In this document: piece by piece, positions 30,131 through 40,953 of the stretch
Position numbering within the stretch: position 1 is the stretch's first letter
Layout of the letters: each line of letters starts with the position of its first letter
NCBI GenBank assembly: GCA_032123335.1
Contig: JAQBFN010000020.1
Location: forward strand, 1 to 64,000
Direction: 5' to 3'
From: Candidatus Micrarchaeota archaeon
GTDB lineage: Archaea; Micrarchaeota; Micrarchaeia; Anstonellales; Bilamarchaeaceae
DNA: 64,000 bases
The notes under the pieces: generated by a model
Seen by the model: the letters and a program-made list of their open reading frames with translations, nothing else
Told to the model about the DNA's origin: nothing
The model's database searches: none
Made by a program: the position numbers and the translations under genes

Positions 30131-33100
30131 ATGAATATGGCAGCAGTTGTAGAGCGGAGTAATTGGTGTAAATTACTGCTAGCCGTATTTATGCTCGTTT
30201 CCCTCTCTTTTTCCGCCGGATTCACCTCCGAAGACCTTTCCAATAAAATAACCTTCATTGACATCTCTGCCGTGGATGGAGTGGTAACCGCCAAGCTCAC
30301 TGTGCTGACGATGGATGCCAGCATTGAGCACAACCAGTCCGCCCTCATTGAGGCGTTCAGGGAAGCAGAGAAAGGAAACCAGGCAACCGCAGAGCAAATC
30401 CTCGAGGAAGCAGGCCTGAACACTTTCTCAGGGTATTTAGGCAAAATCGAATCTGAAAGGGCCCCCATAGAAGGTGCAGACCTCAATTTCTACTACACAG
30501 TAAAAACCTACGATGATGACAACTATCCTGTCTTCACCAGGGAGCCAGTGCCCTTTTGTGCAGAGCCAGACCCGGTGCTAACTGATGAGGAGGGGATCGC
30601 AGAATGCGACCTCACCCCTTATTATGAAGGAATATACGAGGGTAAATGCACAGAAATTTCCGTGGTTTTCGGGGATTCAGTATTTGGCACCCAGCTAAAT
30701 GACGAAACTTATCCCTATGTAGAAGAGATAGTTTACGTATGTGACCAGGAAACAACCGCACTCGCAGTAATGCGCGAAGAGATAAGGACCATATTCTCAG
30801 ACCAGGCCCAGAACCCCCTCTGCTTTGCATCAATGCTTTTGGGAGGAATGCTGCTCGCTTCAATGTTCTTTGCAGGAAGGAGCCCACTTTCCCTCCTTGA
30901 TATCACAACACCCCTTCTCCCCAAGGCAAAAGCCATCTCCTACAGCGGCCTTAGGATGGGAGTCGGTTTCGGGCGCATCATGAAAGAGATGGGTGGCATG
31001 GGCGGGCCCGGAGGCATGATTGCATCCTCTTCCAAAGCAACCACCGAGCGCATGCTCCGCTACCTCCGCTCCAAGGGCAAATACAGCAAGCGCATGGTTG
31101 ACCTCATAATGAATTCCGGGGCCAATGAAGTCCTCAAGATGCTTGCTCTCCGCTCACTTATTGCAGGAAAAAGCGAGCATTATGTAAAGGGCATTCTCGG
31201 GTTCAAGGGAAAAGCCCTGACTGAAGCAGATTTCCAGTCGGCCTATGCAAAGGTTCTTGCAGACCTTGATAAATCTTCAGATGCAAACGACCTGAATGAA
31301 TACACGGTTAAGGGGTATGGTGCTAATGCACAGAAGCAGGGCCTCCACGATTCAGTGCTCCTCCTTGCCCAGATGAGCATGCTTAATGCAATGCAGCAGC
31401 AAGCCTTTATTGATTCTACCGGGGAAATACCTGCCTGGTTCAAGACCCCGCTTGGAAAAACCCTGGGAAGGCTCCCCTTCATCGGAACCCACATAATGGG
31501 AGGCACAGCATCCCTCTTTTTTGGTGGCAGGCACCTAGGCCGCTATTACAATAGTTTTGCAAGGGGAGCAGTGCGCGGAATAGGCGATGTGTTAACCCCC
31601 AAAGATAAGAAATTCAGCAAGCGCATCCAGATGGCTGTTGACGATGCGCGTGTAAAAGGCAAGAAGCCAGGATTTTTTGCAAACTGGGTTGCCCTCAAGG
31701 ACAATGAGCGCCAGCTCGTAAAAATCTTTGACAATTTTGAATACGGTTCCGCACTCTACAAGCGCATGATGAAGGAAGCCCGCAAGGATGTCCTCAACTG
31801 GCTCGTGGGTACGGTAATTGCGAAATACGGAGGAAAGATGGACCTCACCCGTGAAGAGGTTATAGAAATTGGGGAAAAGACTCCGGATGAATTGATGTTC
31901 CGCACCTTCAACAAGATTGAATTCTCAAAGATTGAAGGAGAGCTCCGTAGGCTCCTCTCAGATCCAGGCATGAGGGACCTCCAGAAAGCCCGCGCCCTGA
32001 TGCGCCTTATGGAAGCATACGGAATAGCTTTCGACAAACAGGGCGTTACTGATGCAATCCACATGCTCTCCAAAATAGACCGGGAAGACCCCAAATCCCC
32101 TGCAGCAGTAGGCATAATCGATCCGACCAACAGGTACGCAATGGATTGCCACAAGCTCATGCGCCTCCAGAGCTACCTACAACAGCAGTTCAACGTTGAC
32201 AGGCTAACAGACATCAAGTCAGAGTACAAGGCTTTCCAGGACGGAGGAAAATTCTTCTTCACAGTAGGAAGGGAAACCCTCTCCCACGGCGCAAGCGATT
32301 TCACGTTTGGCACCTTTTTCCGCTCCAAGTACCGCGAGGCGCTTGAGAACTCCAAAGCAGGGGAAACCCGCCCCATCTCCATAAGGGACATCGCGAACTA
32401 CTCTTTCCTCCGCATCGCAAACGAGCGCTGGGGACTAATTGACCCAAATATGCCCGGCCTGGACAAGAAGCTCGTAGCAGTAATGAAGAACGCAGAAACC
32501 TGGCTCCGCTCCCTAGCAGATCCAGAGTTCCTCAGGCGCAACCCCTCGTACTCCAATCTTCTCAATTCCCTTTATGGCCCAAGTGCCCGTGCTGGTGTGA
32601 AAGACGACACCATGGACATAATGGAGCACGGTGCCGAATATGGCACAGCCAAGGGCGCGTGGCGCATGGACATGAAGGCCCACTGGAAAATTTACGGGGG
32701 CCCGATGGGCGGAGTAAAATCTTCTGTAGAAAACCAGGCATTTGGGGAAGTTAACCGTGCCCACAATGTCCCCATGGCTATCCAGTCGATGATTGACAAG
32801 GGACTCAACTACAAGGATGCTTCAGGCAAGTACATGAACACTGTTGTTGAAAGCTACCTCTTCAAGCGCCTGAAGGGAATGATAGAGCAGGACAATCCAA
32901 ATACCTATTTCACTTCCCAGGGTGAATTCGACCGCTTCAGGCAGCTCTGGGCCTCTTACAAATCACACATTGCCAGAGACAAAGGCATAGATGAAAGGAG
33001 TGTTACCGACAAGCAGGTTGCAGAATTCATAAAGAAGCCCCTTGGGATTGAGGAGCTTTCAAAGTCCAGCTGGATAAGGCTGAAGGAAGGCTCAGTTGCT

Positions 33101-35758
33101 CCGTTTATCCAGGAACACACTTTCAAGCTTGCCCAGGCCGACCGTGTAATAAACGCCAAATATTACATACGGCGTGGCGGGTACTGGGAGGAATTCGCGC
33201 CTGAGAAATTCCAAAAGCAGAAACCATTTATGGATGTTGTCCTGGGCAAGGACAGCGAAATCAGGAAAATGCTTGGGGACAAGGATTACATTCTTTCTGG
33301 AGGTGAGATACGTGGTGTATCCAACAAGCTCCTGAAGGAATATGAAACTATTATGAATAACCTGGCGCGAGTACCCCAGGCAGATATTGACAAGCTTTTC
33401 GCGAAACTCAAAACAGGCGCTGCGAAAGACCCCAAGAATTCTGAAGCCTATGCTGCAATGGCAGGATATGTGCTCAGTGGAAGGGCAGGAAGGGACCCAA
33501 CTAAACTTGACCTTGCCGATAATTTCGGGACCCGTCTAGGTGAAAAAGTCCGCATGGAACTCATGCTCAAGGACTACCAGAATGCCAAAACCACGGAGCA
33601 GAAAAGGGCTGCCGCCAGGGACCTTATGAACTGGGCAAAAGCAGGAGGGCCTGGTGAGGAGCGCCACGTAAAAGTCGCCCTCCTCCTGTACACCCACGCA
33701 GACAGAACCGGGGACTGGAAAGATTTCAACAATTTTGATGCAGTGAAGCTCATGCCCGGTGCAACTGCAGATCTAAAGCCTGGCAATGTCCAGGAGTACG
33801 AAAAGCTCACCGGGCTCAAAGGCTGGATCAAGAATGCAGTTAACCTCACCCAACACATCACAGACCCGATAAGCAAGAAGTTCAACCTTGGGCTTGAGCA
33901 GTTCATGCTTTCCACTTTCGGCAAGCAAATGAAGAGCGAATATGAAGGAAGCCTTGTTTCAGAATACTTCAGGCAAACAGGAGGAAAATTCGCTGCTAAG
34001 CTTGCGGCAGGGGAATTCGGCAACCCGGATATGCGAGCCAACGCGGACCCAAGAATAAAGGAATTCAACCGCCTCATGGATTCATTTACCCGCTACCATG
34101 CAGTCTGGGACGAGACAATCACCCGTGACCCCAGGGGCAACTCTTCAGCCATTGGGGGCGCATTCATTTACTCAGGTTTCTTCCACCACGGTCCTGCCAT
34201 GGGATTCGGCCCCGGCATGTACAGGAGATGGTCGTCTGCAGGCCACCAGCAGCCCTGGACTACCTGGGGAGGATTCAAGGCAAATGTGCGTGAGCGCGCA
34301 TGGGGCCTCCAGTTTGTCCCCCAGATGTTCAACTGGGCAGTGGGAACTCCTTTTGGTGTTGCCTACAGGACATACATAACCTCCAGATGGGGCTTCATGT
34401 CCAAGTATGACAGGAAATACAGCAGTGACGCCCCCCTAGTCACAGAAACCCCTGAAAAATACCGTGCAGGCGCAATTCAGAAATATGATGATCAACTGGC
34501 AGCCTATCAGGCTAAAATGATTGAGCAGATTGCTAAACTCCAGCAAAACAAGGGCTATTCAAACGAAGATGCATTTACCCAGGCCAACCAGGAGCTCAGG
34601 GGTGAAAGGCCAACTCCTCCTTCATTTGAGCTGGAGCGTGACACCCTCAGGCCCTATTCCGAAACCCACCCCAGGACTTCAGAAGGCCGCGCTGCAATGT
34701 TCAACTGGTTTTATGCTTCATTTGACCCCACATCAACGAACCTCAAGCGTTTTGCATCAATCGCGGCCGCTGCACCCGGTTCACTTATGACTCCCCTGCA
34801 CCTAATCAGAGGAGTGCAGAGCAATATCCTGAAGGGGGGCACTCCCGGGATAAACCGCTCTGACAGCAACCCATACTATGTAACTCCCGGAGGAATGAGG
34901 GGCCAGATGATAAAGGCTACTGGCCCCATGGTCAAGAGGCAGTATGGAGGAACTGAAATTGTTACCGGTGTAGTACGGTCCCATGAAGATATGTGGGCTT
35001 ACCAGGCAGGGGTTAATGCTGTTTGGGGCAATGCAAACCCCGGCGCATCCTACATTGATTTCAGCCAGAGCCTACACCTGGACCCCCGCGCAGCCAACTA
35101 TCTCCGCTATGAATCACGTTTCCGCCCATATATGCAGTATGATGAATATGTGGACAAGCAATCCAAGCTCGGCCTTGTGAAGAGGGACATCGACCCATTC
35201 AAGCTCATGATGGCAAGGAATGCAGAAATCAGGCATTATAAGTTCCCTGAGAACACTCTCTTCAGGTTCCTAAACCCAGCAGCATTCGCTATCTACAAAG
35301 CACAAGCATTTGTTACCAAGCGCGGGCAAACCCTTGTCAATGCAAGGAACATGTATAGGGATGCAACAACCAATGTTTCAACCACCACCGGCGGGGCTAT
35401 GCTTACAGGAGTAGGCAACTTTGCATCCAAGATAGGTGGCAAGGTAGGGACTATGATGCACCAGAATCTAGAGCTTGGATTCAGGAAGAGCATCCGCTAC
35501 TGCCAGTCCTGCGGAGGGCCGAGGGTTGAAGGCGGCGTATGCAATGCCTGCGCAAGAAAAACAAGATGTTCTTACGAAGGATGCGACCATATCGGGGACC
35601 CATCCCACAACCACTCCTGCGTACATGGAATACAGCGCAACCTCCTGAATGAAGAATTTTCTCAAAAAGGCGGCTTCAAAGTTGCAGGAGAGAGGGCCTC
35701 CGGTTGGTATGGCCTAAGAAAAAGCCATTGGGGAACACTATGGGGTAGAGAACCATGA
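30131..35758 (+). CDS. Giant membrane-anchored hypothetical protein
   Basis: 1875-aa ORF; signal peptide, acidic external domain, TM near aa 230-250, long basic region, C-terminal Cys/His cluster. Confidence 0.85.
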   Translation: MNMAAVVERSNWCKLLLAVFMLVSLSFSAGFTSEDLSNKITFIDISAVDGVVTAKLTVLTMDASIEHNQSALIEAFREAEKGNQATAEQILEEAGLNTFSGYLGKIESERAPIEGADLNFYYTVKTYDDDNYPVFTREPVPFCAEPDPVLTDEEGIAECDLTPYYEGIYEGKCTEISVVFGDSVFGTQLNDETYPYVEEIVYVCDQETTALAVMREEIRTIFSDQAQNPLCFASMLLGGMLLASMFFAGRSPLSLLDITTPLLPKAKAISYSGLRMGVGFGRIMKEMGGMGGPGGMIASSSKATTERMLRYLRSKGKYSKRMVDLIMNSGANEVLKMLALRSLIAGKSEHYVKGILGFKGKALTEADFQSAYAKVLADLDKSSDANDLNEYTVKGYGANAQKQGLHDSVLLLAQMSMLNAMQQQAFIDSTGEIPAWFKTPLGKTLGRLPFIGTHIMGGTASLFFGGRHLGRYYNSFARGAVRGIGDVLTPKDKKFSKRIQMAVDDARVKGKKPGFFANWVALKDNERQLVKIFDNFEYGSALYKRMMKEARKDVLNWLVGTVIAKYGGKMDLTREEVIEIGEKTPDELMFRTFNKIEFSKIEGELRRLLSDPGMRDLQKARALMRLMEAYGIAFDKQGVTDAIHMLSKIDREDPKSPAAVGIIDPTNRYAMDCHKLMRLQSYLQQQFNVDRLTDIKSEYKAFQDGGKFFFTVGRETLSHGASDFTFGTFFRSKYREALENSKAGETRPISIRDIANYSFLRIANERWGLIDPNMPGLDKKLVAVMKNAETWLRSLADPEFLRRNPSYSNLLNSLYGPSARAGVKDDTMDIMEHGAEYGTAKGAWRMDMKAHWKIYGGPMGGVKSSVENQAFGEVNRAHNVPMAIQSMIDKGLNYKDASGKYMNTVVESYLFKRLKGMIEQDNPNTYFTSQGEFDRFRQLWASYKSHIARDKGIDERSVTDKQVAEFIKKPLGIEELSKSSWIRLKEGSVAPFIQEHTFKLAQADRVINAKYYIRRGGYWEEFAPEKFQKQKPFMDVVLGKDSEIRKMLGDKDYILSGGEIRGVSNKLLKEYETIMNNLARVPQADIDKLFAKLKTGAAKDPKNSEAYAAMAGYVLSGRAGRDPTKLDLADNFGTRLGEKVRMELMLKDYQNAKTTEQKRAAARDLMNWAKAGGPGEERHVKVALLLYTHADRTGDWKDFNNFDAVKLMPGATADLKPGNVQEYEKLTGLKGWIKNAVNLTQHITDPISKKFNLGLEQFMLSTFGKQMKSEYEGSLVSEYFRQTGGKFAAKLAAGEFGNPDMRANADPRIKEFNRLMDSFTRYHAVWDETITRDPRGNSSAIGGAFIYSGFFHHGPAMGFGPGMYRRWSSAGHQQPWTTWGGFKANVRERAWGLQFVPQMFNWAVGTPFGVAYRTYITSRWGFMSKYDRKYSSDAPLVTETPEKYRAGAIQKYDDQLAAYQAKMIEQIAKLQQNKGYSNEDAFTQANQELRGERPTPPSFELERDTLRPYSETHPRTSEGRAAMFNWFYASFDPTSTNLKRFASIAAAAPGSLMTPLHLIRGVQSNILKGGTPGINRSDSNPYYVTPGGMRGQMIKATGPMVKRQYGGTEIVTGVVRSHEDMWAYQAGVNAVWGNANPGASYIDFSQSLHLDPRAANYLRYESRFRPYMQYDEYVDKQSKLGLVKRDIDPFKLMMARNAEIRHYKFPENTLFRFLNPAAFAIYKAQAFVTKRGQTLVNARNMYRDATTNVSTTTGGAMLTGVGNFASKIGGKVGTMMHQNLELGFRKSIRYCQSCGGPRVEGGVCNACARKTRCSYEGCDHIGDPSHNHSCVHGIQRNLLNEEFSQKGGFKVAGERASGWYGLRKSHWGTLWGREP

Positions 35759-38127
35759 ACAAACTGCACATATTCATACTGATTGCAATTCTGCTATTCG
35801 GATGCACAGAAATGGAAAACTATTATGAGGGGGAAGGGAAAGAAATAAACCGCACAGAACCCCTGGATATGGACAACCTGATTTCCTGTGACACCACAGA
35901 CCATGATTGCATCTGCATGGTCTGCGAAAACAGTGATTCATTTGAATTCACCAATCCCTTCAACCGTTTTTACAGCATAGACCTCAGGGAAGGAGAATGC
36001 AGATTCGAAACAGATTGCACAGAGGAAAAATTCCTGGAAATCTCCACCCCGGATTTTGAGAATTTCCTTTTTGGCCAGGAGCAGGTGCGCTTCTTCATGC
36101 TTGGCCAGGGCTCGAATTTTGCAGAGTTCGCAGACGCAAACCGCTACTGCAATAACTCCCTTAGGCTCGCAGTCCGCTGGCTCTATTCCACTGATGGATT
36201 TGAGTATCCTGCCCCCCAGCCCGAGCGCGCAGAATGCTTCCTTGAAAAGGACACGCTTCCCGTTTACCTCCTTTACAGCGAAGGAGAAGCAATGAGCGTC
36301 CCCCGTGCTGCTTACATCGCATCGCAATTCCAGGAATCCGGCCCCGTAATCCTTACTTCTGAATTCGATTTCGACCCCTCCAACTTCCAACAGCTTAACG
36401 ATGCAATAGACCAGGCTATCGCAATGAAATCCGCTTGCCCTGATTGCCTGATTGCAATCGCACCCAAATTCAAATACAACTACAGCGAAGTTGATGGCGA
36501 ATATTACGGCTATAACCACACCTACGATGCAATCGATTACATTTTCGAGACCCAGGAGGCCCGTGACAGCATAGCCCTTGTTGCCATAGGCCTCAATTCC
36601 CATTACACCCAAAACTGTGCAGGCGCTTCCCTCCTTTGGGATGGGATGGCTTACTCCAAATACATAATGCAGCAGCATGGAAAGCCCACGCTCTGGGCAT
36701 ATGTTCTTCTTGATGATAGGCAGCCCAGTGCAGCCCCCTATGGTTCCCTTGAATACTGCGAATGGAATTCAGATGAGATCACACGAACATACGGTGACCT
36801 CTACAAATACATCCCCTCTTTCGTAAACAATGGGGTAATCGGAATCGCCCCATATTCCCTTTACGGTCTGGGTACGGGTCCGCTTGAATGCGCAGATTGC
36901 GGAATGATGGCAGTGGATGGAACAACTTATCCACAGCACGCAGAATGGTTTTCCCTCTGCCAGGTTTACTATACCGGGAGGGGAGTAATCCCAGTGGTTT
37001 TCTCCCCCAGCCCATGCGCTGACTGCTCATTTGCAAACAACTTCAACATGTTCCAGCTTTCCGACTCTTACTACGGCTCCGGCCCAACCATTGAGCAATA
37101 CCAGGACAAGGCAGTTGCTCCCTTCTCCACATTCTATAGGTGCAACGGACAGCTCATGAGTGAGGTACCCGAAGAGATAACCCTCCCTTCTTACTCTGCG
37201 GGCGATAATGAATGCAACTGGTACCCCGAGCTGGATATTTTCTCAGACCTCCGAGACTCCGACCCTGTGCTTGCCCGTGCAATAACCTGGGGTGAAACCG
37301 GCTTAAATGATGATACTGAAGGCCCAGATGGCGACATGTGTGAAGCTTCTGATGTTGATTTTGGCCTGGCCAGCTTTCCTGAATGCGTAACCGACCCAGA
37401 GGGAAGATGTGGAACACAGTGCGCCCCGACAAACTGGCGCAAGCATTCCCTGGGCCTCATGCAAATCCATGTATATCCCCAGCAAATCTGGGCCGATTAT
37501 CCCCCTGGCTCTGGAACAGAGCAGGAGGCTCTCTGGTGCGCTGGAAATGCCGTAGATGGATTCAACCCATTCAACAAAGCCCACAACGCATGCGTAGGGA
37601 CCGCAATCATCCTGGAATATCTCCAGGTGGGAAAATCCAAGGTTTCAAGCAATGAGCAGCAGCTCGGGCTCGCCTACCTAAAAACCACATATGGGGAAGA
37701 CAGCGATGAATACCTCAACATGAAGAACGCATTCATTGTTTTCATTTCTTCTTATTACTACAACGGGTTCTCAGCCTTCCAGAACGGAATAGATTCCTGG
37801 ATATATGAATACTCCAAGCAGAGCGGGATAACCGATGAATACTGCGAAGTTGCAGCCGGCTCAGACCCCTGCTGCAACAGCGATGGCACAGCCAAGAGCA
37901 ACAACTGCTGTGGAGTAGAGAACTTCATAAACTACTACCAGTCCTGCAAGCTCCCCACACTTTCCAACCAGCAGGCAGGGGCATACGGGCTTAGGCTCCT
38001 CGGCCACTACAAAGCCCTTCTAAAATGCGAAAAATACGATGAGGCCCAGCACGAGCAGAACCTCATAGACTACCTTGAATCCTATGGTGAATCATTAGAA
38101 GAACCAGAGGAAGCGGAAGAAAGCTAG
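35755..38127 (+). CDS. Acidic Cys-rich lipoprotein with lysozyme-like/SLT domain
   Basis: Lipobox LLFGC; DPVLARAITWGETG, SLGLMQI, FNKAHNACVG, YYNG resemble GH23/SLT motifs. Confidence 0.7.
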   Translation: MNKLHIFILIAILLFGCTEMENYYEGEGKEINRTEPLDMDNLISCDTTDHDCICMVCENSDSFEFTNPFNRFYSIDLREGECRFETDCTEEKFLEISTPDFENFLFGQEQVRFFMLGQGSNFAEFADANRYCNNSLRLAVRWLYSTDGFEYPAPQPERAECFLEKDTLPVYLLYSEGEAMSVPRAAYIASQFQESGPVILTSEFDFDPSNFQQLNDAIDQAIAMKSACPDCLIAIAPKFKYNYSEVDGEYYGYNHTYDAIDYIFETQEARDSIALVAIGLNSHYTQNCAGASLLWDGMAYSKYIMQQHGKPTLWAYVLLDDRQPSAAPYGSLEYCEWNSDEITRTYGDLYKYIPSFVNNGVIGIAPYSLYGLGTGPLECADCGMMAVDGTTYPQHAEWFSLCQVYYTGRGVIPVVFSPSPCADCSFANNFNMFQLSDSYYGSGPTIEQYQDKAVAPFSTFYRCNGQLMSEVPEEITLPSYSAGDNECNWYPELDIFSDLRDSDPVLARAITWGETGLNDDTEGPDGDMCEASDVDFGLASFPECVTDPEGRCGTQCAPTNWRKHSLGLMQIHVYPQQIWADYPPGSGTEQEALWCAGNAVDGFNPFNKAHNACVGTAIILEYLQVGKSKVSSNEQQLGLAYLKTTYGEDSDEYLNMKNAFIVFISSYYYNGFSAFQNGIDSWIYEYSKQSGITDEYCEVAAGSDPCCNSDGTAKSNNCCGVENFINYYQSCKLPTLSNQQAGAYGLRLLGHYKALLKCEKYDEAQHEQNLIDYLESYGESLEEPEEAEES

Positions 38128-38531
38128 TTCTTCCTTCCAAACCCTAATTTCCTTTTCCAGTAGAAGAATGTTCTCCTGGGCATCATGAGCTCCTTCATTT
38201 TCTCATCATTGCTCGTTTTCTTGGAAATAACCGCCCTAATCTTCTTCTCATCATATTTCTGCGGCCTTCCCCTCTTGCACTTCCTTACAATGACCTCTAC
38301 GCTCTTCCCCAGGCTCCCCATCACTTTCCTTGGGATAGTCCTGGAAATGCCTTCGCTTATGTATAATTTCTTTATTCTTGTCTCATTAAGCAGGATCACA
38401 AACATCATCACATTAGGCTTGGTTTTCAAAAAGAATGATTCTGCATCCTTGTTATCAGTTATCTGCCTATAGATGTTATCCCTGGTTCCTTTGAGCTCGA
38501 TTGCGCTAAGTTCTTTTGAACAATCCGGCAT
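38124..38531 (-). CDS. Hypothetical protein with C-terminal HTH
   Basis: RGRPQKY...MPRRTFFYW HTH-like tail; loose resemblance to DUF1699. Confidence 0.55.
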   Translation of the reverse strand: MPDCSKELSAIELKGTRDNIYRQITDNKDAESFFLKTKPNVMMFVILLNETRIKKLYISEGISRTIPRKVMGSLGKSVEVIVRKCKRGRPQKYDEKKIRAVISKKTSNDEKMKELMMPRRTFFYWKRKLGFGRKN

Positions 38532-38568
38532 AATTTCTCACCTGCGACTAAGATTCAATTAATCCTCA

Positions 38569-39858
38569 CTATTCCTTTTTAACCCTTTTGAGGAATTCTC
38601 CTCCCTTCCCCTCTTTCTCTATGGATTTCAGCAGCATTCTTGAACCCTTTACTTCTTCCAAACCCATTCCCAGGAACTCTGAAACCCACTTCTCATCCTT
38701 CCCCCCTTCTTCCAGGAGCAACGCCGCCCCCAATTTCTTATTGTCTATCCTTACTCCCATCTCCTCAATCTCCATCTTCTTCCTGAGGATTGTTGTTGCG
38801 GGCAGCCCATCAGCCTCATACAGGAATGTAAATATCCTCATCTGGCTGTTGCTCGGGACCACCGCCATTCCGGGATAAAGATTGCTCTTCTTTCTCTGCT
38901 CCCTGGGCGTAGTAAGGTAAAACTTGAACATGGGGGCAAGCAGCAGCATAGTGCTCCTTTCCAATATTTTATTCCTCCTCTCACTCTTTCTTTTTCCTAT
39001 CTCAGCTGCAAGGTTCTTCCCCATTGTGTATTCCCCGTCATTCTTGGAAAGCAATCCCTTCTCTGCAAGCTCCTTCTTGAGTTCCTCATACCCCTCCACC
39101 TGGTCCACCCTCACATCTGGCCTAAGCCCCTTTCCCCGCATATAATCATTATATTTCTTGATTTCCCCCTTCTCCTCTTCTTCCAGCTCCCACACAACCG
39201 TTTTTGCAATATAGTTAACAATTGCAGCCACAAGCGAGATCCTTGTTCCCTTTGATGCAATAATTAGCTTCCTCTTCAGGCTCGGCTTTACTTCTTTCAC
39301 AACTGCCTCAAGCCCAAACATCCTCGCCACTTTATAATCAATCCTCTCCTTGTCCTCAACCTGCACAGTATGAATCTCTCCCCCGCTATCTACCTTTACC
39401 TGGAAGCACCTGCTCACATCCGCCATCAGGTCCATCCTGTCCATAATGGTTCTGTATGCAAGAATCCCCTCTCCCCCTGATTCCATCAGCACCCCGATAT
39501 GGTTCCCATCCAGAGGAGTATGCTCCACAATGTCTGCATACCCCATTTCCAGGAAGTGCTGGGAAAGCTTGTGCGCGGAAAGCGCTATGCTCGCCCGCGC
39601 CAAACTATATTTCTTTAAATTAGCAATCTGCTTAAAGTATGAAACCTGCTTCTTCAGGTCTGCCCACTCAGCCTCATCCATGTCCTTTGCTTCTTCCATT
39701 GTCCTCTGCAGAATCCCCTTAAAGGGTGCATTGAATCCTGCAAAAAGCATCCCTTCCCTTACCTCTCCTATTCTCTGGATATTCTCGCTCTTGAAGGGTC
39801 TCGCATCTTTCAATATATCCTCAAGCTGCTGTACAAGCGACATCGATGGAAGGTTCAT
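38569..39858 (-). CDS. Conserved archaeal hypothetical protein (DUF530-like)
   Basis: GFNAPF, LKKYSLARASIALSAHKL; ATGA overlap with top6A. Confidence 0.6.
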   Translation of the reverse strand: MNLPSMSLVQQLEDILKDARPFKSENIQRIGEVREGMLFAGFNAPFKGILQRTMEEAKDMDEAEWADLKKQVSYFKQIANLKKYSLARASIALSAHKLSQHFLEMGYADIVEHTPLDGNHIGVLMESGGEGILAYRTIMDRMDLMADVSRCFQVKVDSGGEIHTVQVEDKERIDYKVARMFGLEAVVKEVKPSLKRKLIIASKGTRISLVAAIVNYIAKTVVWELEEEEKGEIKKYNDYMRGKGLRPDVRVDQVEGYEELKKELAEKGLLSKNDGEYTMGKNLAAEIGKRKSERRNKILERSTMLLLAPMFKFYLTTPREQRKKSNLYPGMAVVPSNSQMRIFTFLYEADGLPATTILRKKMEIEEMGVRIDNKKLGAALLLEEGGKDEKWVSEFLGMGLEEVKGSRMLLKSIEKEGKGGEFLKRVKKE

Positions 39859-40952
39859 GGCAACCACTCTTTACCGTTTATTTTCTTTCTTATGTACTCG
39901 CCTACGAATGTAAGCCTCTCACCCTGGAGTGCATCCTGCTCAATCTTTCTCTTGTCCTTCAACACTCTTTTGAGCTCCTCAACCCACTCTGGATGCACGT
40001 TAATCCACGGGTAACTCAACATCTCTTCCGCTCTTTTAATATCTATCGGCTTCGCCTTAATAGTTAGTTTTTTCAGGAACTCAAACTCATCAATATCCGC
40101 CATTGTTACCCCGAGAAACCTTGCCTCCGGGATCGAGAAATCCCGCCCCAGGTATGCAAGGTTCATGCTTCCTGTTTTAATCGTCCAGTAGATGTACCAC
40201 CCCCACGCATCACAATCCGTAAATACATAGACCGGCAATCCCTTGTCCGCCAGCCTCCGAAGCAATCTCCTGGTTCCCCGAGATGCCTGCCCCTTAGGAG
40301 TAATAAGTATACAGTTCTCTTTCTTCCAGAACCTGTCCTCATTCAGCCTCTGCCAGAGCGCATCCTTTTCCACTACAAGAACATAATCCGCTTTCACATC
40401 AACAAATTCCATCCCGTTGTCCACATCACTCGGAATCATCCACCCGCTCCTTCCCTGCTTTGCACAATCAATAGTGGTTTCCTCCCCAGCAAAGGTATCC
40501 TTCACAATCATATCCCCTGCAACAACCCCCTTCCTATCCGTAGTCAGGTGCAAATCTTCCCTCTTTATCCCCATCGACACCTCCAGATCCTCAATAAGCG
40601 AATTCGATTCAGTCTGCTCCTCAAACAGGCTCTCGTCCATATTCTCCCCAAGGCTAAACTTCAACTGATAATACAAACCCCTGATGCTCGTATGCAAACC
40701 CTCAATCAAAAACTTCTTGGTTTTATTCGCAACCGCAACGGTCTGCATAAACGTCCTGGCCTGCGCCACATTCAAAAATTTCCTCTCCTCCTTCTTCTCC
40801 CCCAGGCGCAAAAAACCAACCGACTTATCATACTCTATATTCCCCCTGCTCCTCAAAGGCGTTTCAAAAGTGGGAGATTCCTTCTTCCTTACCTGCTTAA
40901 TCATGCTCTTCCCAAGGCCCTCCAGCTTCTCAATGGTCTCTTTCTCTCCCAT
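39855..40952 (-). CDS. top6A: DNA topoisomerase VI subunit A
   Basis: IRGLYY catalytic Tyr, VVEKDA, FTDCDAWG TOPRIM. Confidence 0.96.
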   Translation of the reverse strand: MGEKETIEKLEGLGKSMIKQVRKKESPTFETPLRSRGNIEYDKSVGFLRLGEKKEERKFLNVAQARTFMQTVAVANKTKKFLIEGLHTSIRGLYYQLKFSLGENMDESLFEEQTESNSLIEDLEVSMGIKREDLHLTTDRKGVVAGDMIVKDTFAGEETTIDCAKQGRSGWMIPSDVDNGMEFVDVKADYVLVVEKDALWQRLNEDRFWKKENCILITPKGQASRGTRRLLRRLADKGLPVYVFTDCDAWGWYIYWTIKTGSMNLAYLGRDFSIPEARFLGVTMADIDEFEFLKKLTIKAKPIDIKRAEEMLSYPWINVHPEWVEELKRVLKDKRKIEQDALQGERLTFVGEYIRKKINGKEWLP

Positions 40953-40953
40953 G

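Noticed and set aside
30131..38127. Provirus or integrated mobile element
   Set aside because: No integrase, capsid, terminase or att repeats recognised
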